From positions 32,001-96,000 of the IMG/VR virus record IMGVR_UViG_3300048997_000130: a stretch of DNA of 64,000 nucleotides; one strand, written 5' to 3'. The number at the start of each line of letters is the position of its first letter. Positions within the stretch are counted from its first letter, which is position 1. This stretch comes from a virus. The translations under genes were made by a program, and so were the position numbers. A model generated the notes under the pieces. That model worked only from the letters and a program-made list of their open reading frames with translations, was not told the DNA's origin and did no database searches. This document shows, piece after piece, positions 10,972 through 20,262 of this stretch.

Positions 10972-11430
10972 ATGAGGAAGGAATTGGAATTATTCTGGGA
11001 ATGTCCACTATGTAAAACGATAAATATCGATAATTCATCCATATGTAGTTTATGCAGTCGCCGGAAAGATGGAAGAATAGAACCATTTCATAAGCAACTT
11101 CCTCCTGAAATCAGAAAATCTAAAAAAGACCGACCAAGTTTAATGGTGGAAGAAGTTATAATACATGATTCTCTATATAAGAAAATCCGTAGACCTCAAA
11201 AAACTGATCCGGATATGTTTCAAAATAATATAAAAAAGGCTGATAAATCGGAACAGTTGATACAACAGATAAACGATAGAATAAAAGAAGCGCGTCGTAG
11301 TTCATCAGAACTCCAACTCAAATCTGGCGCATCAAATAAACCTGCTATTACTGTCCCTAATACGTGGTGGGGATGGATAATATTAATACTAATATCCATC
11401 ATAATTGTTGCCAGCACTATAATTAAATGA
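10972..11430 (+). CDS. zinc-ribbon membrane protein
   Basis: N-terminal WECPLCKTINIDNSSICSLC (RanBP2-type ribbon) and C-terminal hydrophobic helix WWGWIILILISIIIVASTII. Confidence 0.6.
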   Translation: MRKELELFWECPLCKTINIDNSSICSLCSRRKDGRIEPFHKQLPPEIRKSKKDRPSLMVEEVIIHDSLYKKIRRPQKTDPDMFQNNIKKADKSEQLIQQINDRIKEARRSSSELQLKSGASNKPAITVPNTWWGWIILILISIIIVASTIIK

Positions 11431-11431
11431 A

Positions 11432-13258
11432 TCAATTCCGCATCAACACGAATTTGGTCTTGGATTTACCATATACCTTCAAATAATCATATTTGGAAAC
11501 ATAATCTGATTCTTTCATATTATTTTTGATTGCATGATTATATAATGTCTTTTTATGGATTACAAAACCTTCTGAATTAATATAATGATAATCCGGTTTG
11601 GTTTGATGGAGTTCTTCCCAATTCGCAGCTTTGTAAATTATTCCTAAATGACCAAATGTGGAATCGGAAAAGCTGACAAGGGTAGAAAGTCGTGAGAATT
11701 GCTTAAAAATGGAAGCCGAACAGCGTGAAATGAACCAAGAAGCAAAATTTTTCTTTTGATATTGAGGATGAATGCAGAATCTATCAAGTTCCAAAACTTG
11801 AGAAGGGCTAAGATTCATGGAAGTTGCAACTTCCATGCGGACGGGAGTTGCAAATTTGCAGATGGCAATCAATTTATCATCAAGGAAGGCTCCGAAGATT
11901 TGTTTAGCAGAACGCCCAAATCCTGCATAATGAAATGATTGTAAAAATTCTTCGGATTCCGAATAATAAGAATTCGGCAATTTATCTTGAACGTTCAACG
12001 GCCGAATGGAAACATTAGTAAACGAAAAATCTTGAGAAGCTATTGGCGAATCTTCACCAAATAATTCACGAATCAGCTTTTGTTTAATAATGCCCGGATT
12101 CAAAAATTCTCTCTCCCACAGATATATTAATTTATATTCGGGGAAATATTCATCAACATAAGTGAATTTAGATGCGTCCTGTGATTGTCGCGTGGAGTGC
12201 CAATATTCGCCTTGACATTCAATGAGTAAATTATGTGAAGGAATGAATAAATCGAATTCCCAATAACCAATCACATGATGTCTAACGTAGGGAATGTCCA
12301 AAGCATTCAATAATGTTTGGACAACCCTCTCCAGAATACTATCTTTCCCATTAATTAATACTGAAGCACGAGCTCGAGCCATTTTCTCGCGGAATGCTGG
12401 ATCTTTCCATAATTTATCCATCTTCTCACGAAATATAGGATCTTGCCATTGCTTCTTAGCATTCTCTGCCTTCAATTGTAGAAGAGCTGGATCAATGGCT
12501 GCAGCTTTTTGTTTTTCAATATAAGCAGGATCTTTCCAAAGTTCTCGAATCCGATTGGTCATGACTTCCCGATATTCAGGAATGGTCCACAACAACTTCT
12601 GGGACTCGATAATCAACTCACGATATTCAGGATCGTTCCAACGTTCAATAACTAATCGAGATTGGAGCTGCCTGTGTTCAAGGCTGGAATGCAACGAGTC
12701 TTGCTTAGCTCGGTATTCAGGATCTTTCCAAACATCGCTGATGATTTGCGCATGATCAGAAACTTTCTTTGGATCAGACCAAATCTTTTCATAATGAGCT
12801 TTACGTTCTGGGTCCTCCCATAGTCCTTTAACTAATTCCGAGGATTGTTGTCTCTTTTCGGGATCATTCCAAATCGCAGTCGAAATTTGTTTTTGTTTTT
12901 CTGCAAACTCCGGGTCGGACCATAAATCTTTAGAAATTTGTGATTGGCGTTCGCGTTTTTCATCTGACCAAGATTCAACCATCCCAACTCGATGTTTCTC
13001 TTTATATTCAGGGTCTTGATGTTTCTCTTTCATGCCGCACGATAAACAACGATAAACTCCAACACGGCTGATTGTCCGAAGCACAGAAACAATTTTTAGT
13101 GTTTTCTTATCACCACAACCACAAATGACGCCGATATCAGATTGACGAGTGATATGGGATAATTGAGAAGCAAATTTTAGATCAATGATTTGTTCTGGAA
13201 TTCCATATTTCTTAATCTTATCTAAAATACTCATATAATATAATAAAACAACCAACAA
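11432..13258 (-). CDS. helical-repeat + Vsr/DUF559-like endonuclease + Mom-like GNAT fusion
   Basis: About 11-13 W-x-D-P-x-(Y/F)-R repeats; nuclease motif EFDLFIPSHNLLIECQGEYWH; C-terminal HYAG...LELDRF...LVSFSDSTFGHLGIIYKAANW. Probable start MSILDK. Confidence 0.7.
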   Translation of the reverse strand: MLVVLLYYMSILDKIKKYGIPEQIIDLKFASQLSHITRQSDIGVICGCGDKKTLKIVSVLRTISRVGVYRCLSCGMKEKHQDPEYKEKHRVGMVESWSDEKRERQSQISKDLWSDPEFAEKQKQISTAIWNDPEKRQQSSELVKGLWEDPERKAHYEKIWSDPKKVSDHAQIISDVWKDPEYRAKQDSLHSSLEHRQLQSRLVIERWNDPEYRELIIESQKLLWTIPEYREVMTNRIRELWKDPAYIEKQKAAAIDPALLQLKAENAKKQWQDPIFREKMDKLWKDPAFREKMARARASVLINGKDSILERVVQTLLNALDIPYVRHHVIGYWEFDLFIPSHNLLIECQGEYWHSTRQSQDASKFTYVDEYFPEYKLIYLWEREFLNPGIIKQKLIRELFGEDSPIASQDFSFTNVSIRPLNVQDKLPNSYYSESEEFLQSFHYAGFGRSAKQIFGAFLDDKLIAICKFATPVRMEVATSMNLSPSQVLELDRFCIHPQYQKKNFASWFISRCSASIFKQFSRLSTLVSFSDSTFGHLGIIYKAANWEELHQTKPDYHYINSEGFVIHKKTLYNHAIKNNMKESDYVSKYDYLKVYGKSKTKFVLMRN

Positions 13259-13275
13259 CTCATTTCCAAGAATGA

Positions 13276-14037
13276 TTAGTCAGTCGGAAGAATCTGCGCA
13301 ATACCTCTGTCGACAAATTGTGGTAAGGAAACCTCGTGAAGAATATTAAAATGTTTATCGCTAATGGCGAAAAACACAGTCCAATATTTCCCATAGCGCG
13401 AATCGCGAGTAGTTTTTTCAACCTCTTGTTTTATTTTTTCAGGAGTAATATCAAGTCCTCGCCTACGACTTAATTGTAAATTGACTTCTCGTTCTCGAGC
13501 TTCCTCTGCGATCAAATCTCGAATCTTATTAAGAGCACGAAAAAATCGATGACGAACGCGACCTTGTGTCAATTTAAGTCGTTTAGCAATTTCAGATTGA
13601 CAAGTCGTTTCATACATTAACCATAAAATTTCTCGGTCTTGGTCTGAGAATTTAGGACCAAGTTCTAATTCAAATTCATCAAATTCAAGTTCAGGAATGG
13701 TGCGTAAAAATTGAATACGTTTAATACCTCGATGCAATCGATATGAGACAGCAGCTTGCGTAATACCGAAAATTCTTGCAATTTGCTCTTGCTTCATCTT
13801 ATCTCTATAATATAGAACGATAAGATCAGTCTCGCGTTCAGGAATCCGATTCAAATGATGTTCGATAACACCAAAATCCGGTTGATATCCCTCCGCTATC
13901 AAATCTTCTTCGGGAGCAGGAGCAAGTTGTCTTTCTATCAAATCTTCGATAGAAATTTCAGACTCGGCGCCTAATCTATCATTATTACTAAATCGTGTGG
14001 AAATATTCGAAGGATCTTGAATTAAAACGTGCGACAT
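13276..14037 (-). CDS. sigma-70 region-4-like protein with two tandem HTH domains
   Basis: IPERETDLIVLYYRDKMKQEQIARIFGITQAAVSYRLHRG and FSDQDREILWLMYETTCQSEIAKRLKLTQGRVRHRFFRA; GGAG SD upstream. Confidence 0.7.
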   Translation of the reverse strand: MSHVLIQDPSNISTRFSNNDRLGAESEISIEDLIERQLAPAPEEDLIAEGYQPDFGVIEHHLNRIPERETDLIVLYYRDKMKQEQIARIFGITQAAVSYRLHRGIKRIQFLRTIPELEFDEFELELGPKFSDQDREILWLMYETTCQSEIAKRLKLTQGRVRHRFFRALNKIRDLIAEEAREREVNLQLSRRRGLDITPEKIKQEVEKTTRDSRYGKYWTVFFAISDKHFNILHEVSLPQFVDRGIAQILPTD

Positions 14038-14184
14038 CCCAGATCTCCAACCGCTCGAAATAAGCGGAATGGTTTAAAATATTCATATTGGTCTCGATAA
14101 ACATCAGATGTTGTTTAGTATGAATATCGGCATAAGCCTGGGATGGCCGCCAGTTTAACATTACCAGACAGAGATATCGAACAG

Positions 14185-15186
14185 TTAAATATGTTTCAAA
14201 AAATCGGGTAATAAATCATAAGAATTGGACGTTCTCAAGTGAGATACTTTATTACATGCGAACACACTAATATTTATACTACGAATCCCCAAGTCATTAT
14301 GTAAAATTTGAGAAGCCATCCGATGATCACTTATAGCTTCACGCTTGGAATCTGATAAATTCAAATCGCGATTGAATCCGATTAATTTATAATTCAGATG
14401 AATACGATCTCTACATAGTAATGCTCGAGATTTTTCAGATTTAGAAAAACCTGGGAATCCCGTCTCATATAATTCATCAATTGTTCGGGAAGAACATAGT
14501 GGTGCAGCGGCTTTTTTCCGGAGTCGAAAAATCCCGGATATCCCATCTGATGGATCACCAGTCAAAGCTTTAAACATACGAATATTGGATGGTGGTATAT
14601 GAGCACCATATTTGTTCATCAAATCTTCAGTAGCACGTTCTGCGTCATAAAATCGATTGCCACTCACGCCGGGTCTATATATGATGATGCGATCATTATC
14701 AGACAATAATTGATAATAATCTCTATCTGATGACATTATGACGTTAATGTCGTCCCGATTTTGATCAATATAACTGGCTATTAAGTCATCGGCTTCTTCA
14801 TCGGGATTATGATAAATATCAATCCCAAATAGCTTAAATAAATGAACAAGAATGTCTAATTCATTTTGTGCAACAAATCCGTCAGATAATGTGATGGGAC
14901 ATGGAACACTTCCAGGTCTCTCGGAATCTGTCGTTTTTTGTTTATATTGAGGATCCAATATCAATCGACGGCGAGGCACGCCATCTAAAAACAATAATAT
15001 TTTAGATGGCGTGGCAATGTCTTGAATCCAATCGGACAACATCGATAACATACCATAAATAAGCCCGGTCGGATATCCAGTCGGAGACATAAATGGTGAA
15101 GATGTTTTGTTCATAACATATACTGCATGTGCCCTATGCAATATATTGTTACCGTCAATTAAAATAGTGCGATTAGACACTGACAT
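14185..15186 (-). CDS. 5'-3' exonuclease / flap endonuclease (Pol I N-terminal-like)
   Basis: LIDGNNILHRA, EADDLIAS, SSDRDYYQL, ALTGDPSDGISGI motifs. Confidence 0.9.
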   Translation of the reverse strand: MSVSNRTILIDGNNILHRAHAVYVMNKTSSPFMSPTGYPTGLIYGMLSMLSDWIQDIATPSKILLFLDGVPRRRLILDPQYKQKTTDSERPGSVPCPITLSDGFVAQNELDILVHLFKLFGIDIYHNPDEEADDLIASYIDQNRDDINVIMSSDRDYYQLLSDNDRIIIYRPGVSGNRFYDAERATEDLMNKYGAHIPPSNIRMFKALTGDPSDGISGIFRLRKKAAAPLCSSRTIDELYETGFPGFSKSEKSRALLCRDRIHLNYKLIGFNRDLNLSDSKREAISDHRMASQILHNDLGIRSINISVFACNKVSHLRTSNSYDLLPDFLKHI

Positions 15187-15770
15187 TATTTTTTAATAAT
15201 AATCTTTTCTAGATAAGAAGCTGGATAAGGAGCTATAAGCGGTTTGGATAACAGTCGAGCTGATACTACGACTCGACCATCTTCTAATATATCAACAACA
15301 TATCCGGGTAAATTTTTATTTTCACCACGAATAATTTTGACTCTATCGTCTACTTCGAATGGTGTATTCCCGATGGCTTCCAGCCCGTCTCGCATCGGGT
15401 TTAATTTATCATCATCAATTAATGAATAAACCGGTCCACCTTTACTAGTACCAGGATTACATAATACTTCCCGGAAATAATTCGTATCTCGTAATTTCAA
15501 ATAATGGACGCCATCTTCATATCTAATGAAGATATAACCTTCCATATAAATCAGGATTTGAGAATCCGATCGAATCTTAGATGATACCGCAGGAACAAAT
15601 ACATCTATGTTGGGACGACCAAGTATCCGGCGCGCAGCACGGATTAAAATTGCTGGATCCATCCCGTGTTCCCCATTAGATGATAACTCCACAATCACCC
15701 ATTTAGGGCGCGGAGAATCACTGGAATCCACGGAAGAGTGTGGAGAATTCTTGATCTGTGATTGGGACAC
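15186..15770 (-). CDS. nusG: NusG-family transcription elongation factor
   Basis: NGN domain (KWVIV, VFVP, YMEGYIFIR) plus KOW motif FEVDDRVKIIRGENKNLPGYVVDI. Confidence 0.75.
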   Translation of the reverse strand: MSQSQIKNSPHSSVDSSDSPRPKWVIVELSSNGEHGMDPAILIRAARRILGRPNIDVFVPAVSSKIRSDSQILIYMEGYIFIRYEDGVHYLKLRDTNYFREVLCNPGTSKGGPVYSLIDDDKLNPMRDGLEAIGNTPFEVDDRVKIIRGENKNLPGYVVDILEDGRVVVSARLLSKPLIAPYPASYLEKIIIKK

Positions 15771-17157
15771 GGTTCGGATCTAACAATACCTGTTCCGACG
15801 GAGAAGAAACATTCTCGACTGTCGAATTTTTATCCGGACCGGTGGAAGGTTCGATTTTATTATCTAGTGACGTGAGATTTTCGGAAGCTGTAAATTTGAC
15901 GCCATCAACTTCAATGGATTTTTGAACAATCCTCTTAGGGGCAGTATTTTTGGTGTTCTTCTCATTAGGTTCCGAGGGCTTCGGGGCAGACGACGTCCCA
16001 ACTTTTGGAACTGAACTAGCAAGGCTCGCATCCGGTTCCGGAGATGGAAGGGAAGTAGACGTCGTCCCCACTACTGTAGGAACCGAATTACTAATAAACT
16101 TTGTATTTAGTTCCGGAGGCCTAGAAATAGATTGATGTTCTCCTCCAGTATTAGGATGATGCAGAAGTATAGCCTCGATATCTGAATAAGTAGGTTTAGA
16201 TAATGCACCCAATTGACGAGATACTTCAGTCCATGATCGTAATCGAACTTGAAATGATCGAAGAGGAACAGGATACGTAGATTGCGCACCAACATCTGCT
16301 CGAAGCCCGCTGGCGATCGCCCAAATTATAGAATCTCGTGCCCAAGTAGGTCCTTCATGTTGTGCCAGTTTATCAAGTAATTCGAATCCTGATTTTGGAT
16401 CTGAATCGATAGTAAATAATATTTTATCAATTAGTGTATAACTATCAAAATGATAAAATTCTCGAACAGAATCTAAAATCAAAGGCCCGAGTTTAGAAAG
16501 CGATTCCACAGCCAAGATACTACTACGTGGCGTACCACCGTTCATACGAATAATAAGTGTTAAAGCATCATCTTGAGCTTCAATTTGTTCTTGAGAACAA
16601 ATTGCGCGCAATCTATCATGTAGAGCATCAATAGGAGGAAGATATACCGGGTATTCCTCAATCCTATCGCGAATTGGACCTTGGACTTTAAAAGGTTCGG
16701 TAGTACATAAGATAACTATGAACAATCGAGATTCTATGGCTTTAAGCAAAGCATCTTGAGCTGCTTTAGATAATCGTTGAGCTTCGTCTAGTATATAAAT
16801 TTGTAAATCTTGACCATCAATTGATCCATAATCTGCATCACGGACCATAGCTCGTATTTTATCTATCGTGCCTTGAGATGCGGCGTCGAGTTCCTCAACA
16901 CCGGAATAAGTATCGCTTTCGATAGCTTTGCAAACTAAACAATCATTACATGGCTCCCCATCTTGGAGATTTTGACATTTAATGGCTTTAACTATAATCC
17001 GTGCTAAAGTGGTCTTCCCACAACCCTTGGGACCACCTAACATCATGGATTGATTGATCAACGATCCATCACGGCTTCTAATATGTAATAGCTTCCGGAT
17101 TCCAGGATTCCCTAATACATCAGCAAACCGGACGGGTCGATATTTAATATCAAACAT
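15718..17157 (-). CDS. dnaX: DNA polymerase III gamma/tau-like clamp loader ATPase
   Basis: KYRPVRFADVLG, GPKGCGKTT, CxxC zinc module (CNDCLVC), ELDAAS, ILDEAQRLSKAAQDALLK; low-complexity S/T/P linker. Confidence 0.88.
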   Translation of the reverse strand: MFDIKYRPVRFADVLGNPGIRKLLHIRSRDGSLINQSMMLGGPKGCGKTTLARIIVKAIKCQNLQDGEPCNDCLVCKAIESDTYSGVEELDAASQGTIDKIRAMVRDADYGSIDGQDLQIYILDEAQRLSKAAQDALLKAIESRLFIVILCTTEPFKVQGPIRDRIEEYPVYLPPIDALHDRLRAICSQEQIEAQDDALTLIIRMNGGTPRSSILAVESLSKLGPLILDSVREFYHFDSYTLIDKILFTIDSDPKSGFELLDKLAQHEGPTWARDSIIWAIASGLRADVGAQSTYPVPLRSFQVRLRSWTEVSRQLGALSKPTYSDIEAILLHHPNTGGEHQSISRPPELNTKFISNSVPTVVGTTSTSLPSPEPDASLASSVPKVGTSSAPKPSEPNEKNTKNTAPKRIVQKSIEVDGVKFTASENLTSLDNKIEPSTGPDKNSTVENVSSPSEQVLLDPNRVPITDQEFSTLFRGFQ

Positions 17158-17158
17158 A

Positions 17159-17656
17159 TTACGTCCTCAATGATTTTTCGAGATTTATCAATCCATCATG
17201 CCATTGACCATGACGTGCAGCAACTTCAGGAAATTCTTGAACTTCGGGCGGAATTATGCGCCATTTATATTCACCCGATTCTTCTACTTCCTCACCAATG
17301 CATCGCGAAAGCAAATGATCGATGAGTGCTTTGCGTTGATTAACAGCCAAGTCATTCCAAACTTCCAGCGCGATTTCAAGAATAAAATCGCAATCAATCA
17401 AGAATTCAAATTTACTGGACACCTTATAAACATTGCCAGGGACTGGCTTCCCAGCTCGTTTAGTAGCTTTATTTCTACATATATATTTAATGCGTGCTTC
17501 CACCAAATATGGATGGAATCTCGGAATCAAATCTTTTGCAACTTCTTCGGCAGCTTCGAACGTATCAAATAATAATGGGATTTTTTCTGCTTTCTGTTTC
17601 ACATCACGCTGAGCTGGATCAAAATTTTCGCGCGAATCATTCATAATTAACCTCAA
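17159..17656 (-). CDS. phage metallopeptidase-like protein (degenerate)
   Basis: Resembles the small phage metallopeptidase family (DFILEI..EVW..L...QRKALIDH), but the expected HExxH reads HLLSR. Confidence 0.5.
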   Translation of the reverse strand: MRLIMNDSRENFDPAQRDVKQKAEKIPLLFDTFEAAEEVAKDLIPRFHPYLVEARIKYICRNKATKRAGKPVPGNVYKVSSKFEFLIDCDFILEIALEVWNDLAVNQRKALIDHLLSRCIGEEVEESGEYKWRIIPPEVQEFPEVAARHGQWHDGLINLEKSLRT

Positions 17657-18447
17657 TTCATATTATTCAAAAAATAATGCCGGAATTTTTCGTCACCAAC
17701 TCGTCGCCAGAAATCATTCACATCTTTGTCTTTATCGTTCAATTTCGGATATTTTATATTTTGAATTGAAACAAATTTATCTGATTGGCGTTGGATGAAT
17801 CGAAGCACACCATATCGTCCAGCTTCATCTAAATCAAAACAAAGATTTACTTTATCGACAAATCTATAAAGGAATTTGAGTTGCGCCTCACCAAGAGAAC
17901 TGGTTGTAATGGCAGCAACGCAGGGTGTAACTAAGCGACTTATGACCATAGAGTCCATAGCGCCTTCGACCAAACATATCTCACGACGAGCCCAAACATT
18001 ATCCATGCACGCGGATAATCCAAAAAAATATCCTTCAGGACGCCTTTTCATCAAGAATGAATCATAAGATTTTTCAATCAACGATCGAACTTGGAATCCA
18101 ATTGGATTCCCAGTATAATTCGTCAACGGAAAAACTATACTTCCAGCGATTCTCCTGCCAGCAATCGGGATTTTCGGAACATCGTCAGATTCTCGAACCC
18201 AAGACGTAGACCAGCGAGTAAATTGGCAAACGTCACACCAGTTATTAGGCGAGTTAGAATCATTACATCGGATTCCATGATTCGGATCGTGTGTTGGATC
18301 TGCTACATAATCACCTCCAACATAACCTATACGATGACGTTTCCATTGATCTTCTGACGAACCACGGCTTATTAAATAATCTCGGGCAACATCGGATTCA
18401 TTTAAGCATCCTGATGCCCAATCTAAAAAAGGCTCCAGAAAATTCAT
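17653..18447 (-). CDS. DnaG-type primase catalytic core (TOPRIM)
   Basis: YLISRG, IVFPL...GFQVR, LVEGAMD, LCFDLDEAG TOPRIM motifs; no N-terminal CHC2 zinc domain. Confidence 0.85.
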   Translation of the reverse strand: MNFLEPFLDWASGCLNESDVARDYLISRGSSEDQWKRHRIGYVGGDYVADPTHDPNHGIRCNDSNSPNNWCDVCQFTRWSTSWVRESDDVPKIPIAGRRIAGSIVFPLTNYTGNPIGFQVRSLIEKSYDSFLMKRRPEGYFFGLSACMDNVWARREICLVEGAMDSMVISRLVTPCVAAITTSSLGEAQLKFLYRFVDKVNLCFDLDEAGRYGVLRFIQRQSDKFVSIQNIKYPKLNDKDKDVNDFWRRVGDEKFRHYFLNNMN

Positions 18448-18450
18448 GAT

Positions 18451-19068
18451 TCAAGTTTCAGATTGAAGGAAACTCATACCCATTCGAATATTATGTAAAA
18501 TGATCCCAGAATTCCCACCAAGTATTTGAGTATACATTCCAACCATGTCTGGTCGAGAAAGAAATGTTACTGTATGGACTTTAGATGGTACTACATGACA
18601 AATGGAATGGAACTTGGATGTTTTGGAATCGAATGCCTTACCGAATCGTTTGGAACATTGAGCAATAGTCCATGAATCTGGAACTAAACACATGTGTGGT
18701 TGAGTCTTCAATCCAGAATTGTATCGAACAAAATTATAAGCTGCAGTCAAAGATCCACGTCCGGAGAAGATATTTACCCATTGTTCAGCAACACTCAGTT
18801 CATAAGCAGCACGTATCATAGGCTCTATAACATCATCTATCCTATCAGAATCATGCGGGAACATTCCAACACGAATATATCGATCATTAAATATACGACG
18901 AGACGTAAGGAATTGTGCTCGAGTCCCGCTAATAATCGCGGGCAAAAATTCAGGACGTGCTGGAACTTCAATAGCTAACGGAATAGCATCAACGTTAGAT
19001 CGAGGCCTATGCAAATCATGATCTAGGATCTTTAAAAGAATCATTATTCCAAATCCAAGAAATATCAC
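18451..19068 (-). CDS. hypothetical protein
   Basis: 205-aa ORF in the operon. Confidence 0.55.
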   Translation of the reverse strand: MIFLGFGIMILLKILDHDLHRPRSNVDAIPLAIEVPARPEFLPAIISGTRAQFLTSRRIFNDRYIRVGMFPHDSDRIDDVIEPMIRAAYELSVAEQWVNIFSGRGSLTAAYNFVRYNSGLKTQPHMCLVPDSWTIAQCSKRFGKAFDSKTSKFHSICHVVPSKVHTVTFLSRPDMVGMYTQILGGNSGIILHNIRMGMSFLQSET

Positions 19069-19609
19069 CAGATGGTAATTGCGGAGATTCTGGTTTTATT
19101 GTATGAAGCCTAATCCATGTTCTGATTTGATCAACAACACGAATCCACCAGGAACGGTCATTAAATTTAATACGATATCCAAGAACCCATTGCAAAGTGG
19201 CGATATCTAAAAAATTATCATATACATATCGATCATCTTCCAGTAAAACATCAAATTCTTGAGCTAAAACAGCGACAGTCTTTTTGGGTTGGAAAAATGG
19301 ACAAATGCGAGCGATTGAAGTATCATCACAAATCAATCCGGACCATGTTTCAGGATCAGATTGTCCATATGTACAAATATGGATTGGTCGAGAATTATCC
19401 TGAATTACTACTAGAGTAGTAACAGTCCTAGGAGCAATTTCCAAATTCGTATTTAGATCTTCTTGCACATATGGGAGTTTTTTAGGATAATGGACAATAT
19501 TATGTAAACAGTTATCATGTCGTCGTGAAATAGCAGCTTTTATATATTGATTTTTATATCTATCTTGGAGCCGGCGCAGTCTTCTGCGGATGACTGATTC
19601 TATTTTCAC
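19016..19609 (-). CDS. hypothetical Cys-containing protein
   Basis: 197 aa, basic N-terminus, four spaced Cys, C-terminal Trp-rich amphipathic segment. Confidence 0.55.
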   Translation of the reverse strand: MKIESVIRRRLRRLQDRYKNQYIKAAISRRHDNCLHNIVHYPKKLPYVQEDLNTNLEIAPRTVTTLVVIQDNSRPIHICTYGQSDPETWSGLICDDTSIARICPFFQPKKTVAVLAQEFDVLLEDDRYVYDNFLDIATLQWVLGYRIKFNDRSWWIRVVDQIRTWIRLHTIKPESPQLPSGDISWIWNNDSFKDPRS

Positions 19610-19614
19610 AATAG

Positions 19615-20262
19615 TTACCGTACACTTTGGTCTCGTAACTTCAAACTCTTTATATTATTCGAATCCCGAATCGTGTATGCTTCATATGATTTATGAGCAT
19701 GATTCAAAAATTCTTCATTATGAGTCACCATGAGTATATTGATTCCAGTATCTTCAGATATTTGGCGCATAAAACTGGCTGCATTTGGAATATAACGAGC
19801 AGCAAGCCCGGACATGGATTCATCAAGCAACAATAAATTCCCCATATTCAATCGAGTCATGACAGCAAGTCGCAGAATAAAAGAAGCCATAAGAACGGCT
19901 CCTCCCCCAAATGAAGACATAGGATCAGCTTCTATACCATCCTCTTCGATAACAAAACGCATAGCCAAACGGTTATACTTTAATTCTTGTTTAATATTGA
20001 ATTTGAGTGTTTGATCTCGGATCGTATGTTGAAGACCACTAGTAACCAAATCCGATATTGAATCAACATTAGATTTCAATAAGTCTTCAAGCCACTTCTT
20101 ATATACTTCAGAACTCTTTTGATTTAATTCAGCTGAATATTTCAATTTAGCAATCTCATCCTCCAGACTTTGGAGTTGAGATCGTAATACATCTCGATGC
20201 GCTCGTACTCGAGCCACATTATGTTTAAATGATTCCAAACGCGTAGATTGAACGGATGTCAT
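19615..20262 (-). CDS. SbcC/Rad50-like ABC ATPase, C-terminal half
   Basis: Coiled coil then signature-like SFGGG, Walker B LLLLDES, H-loop MVTH; no Walker A. Confidence 0.75.
   Translation of the reverse strand: MTSVQSTRLESFKHNVARVRAHRDVLRSQLQSLEDEIAKLKYSAELNQKSSEVYKKWLEDLLKSNVDSISDLVTSGLQHTIRDQTLKFNIKQELKYNRLAMRFVIEEDGIEADPMSSFGGGAVLMASFILRLAVMTRLNMGNLLLLDESMSGLAARYIPNAASFMRQISEDTGINILMVTHNEEFLNHAHKSYEAYTIRDSNNIKSLKLRDQSVR

Noticed and set aside
12380-13018. Periodic DNA similarity as a CRISPR or tandem array
   Set aside because: The repeats are degenerate at DNA level and in-frame protein repeats (W-x-D-P).
17159-17656. Active metallopeptidase
   Set aside because: The HExxH motif is degenerate (HLLSR), so catalytic activity is not supported.
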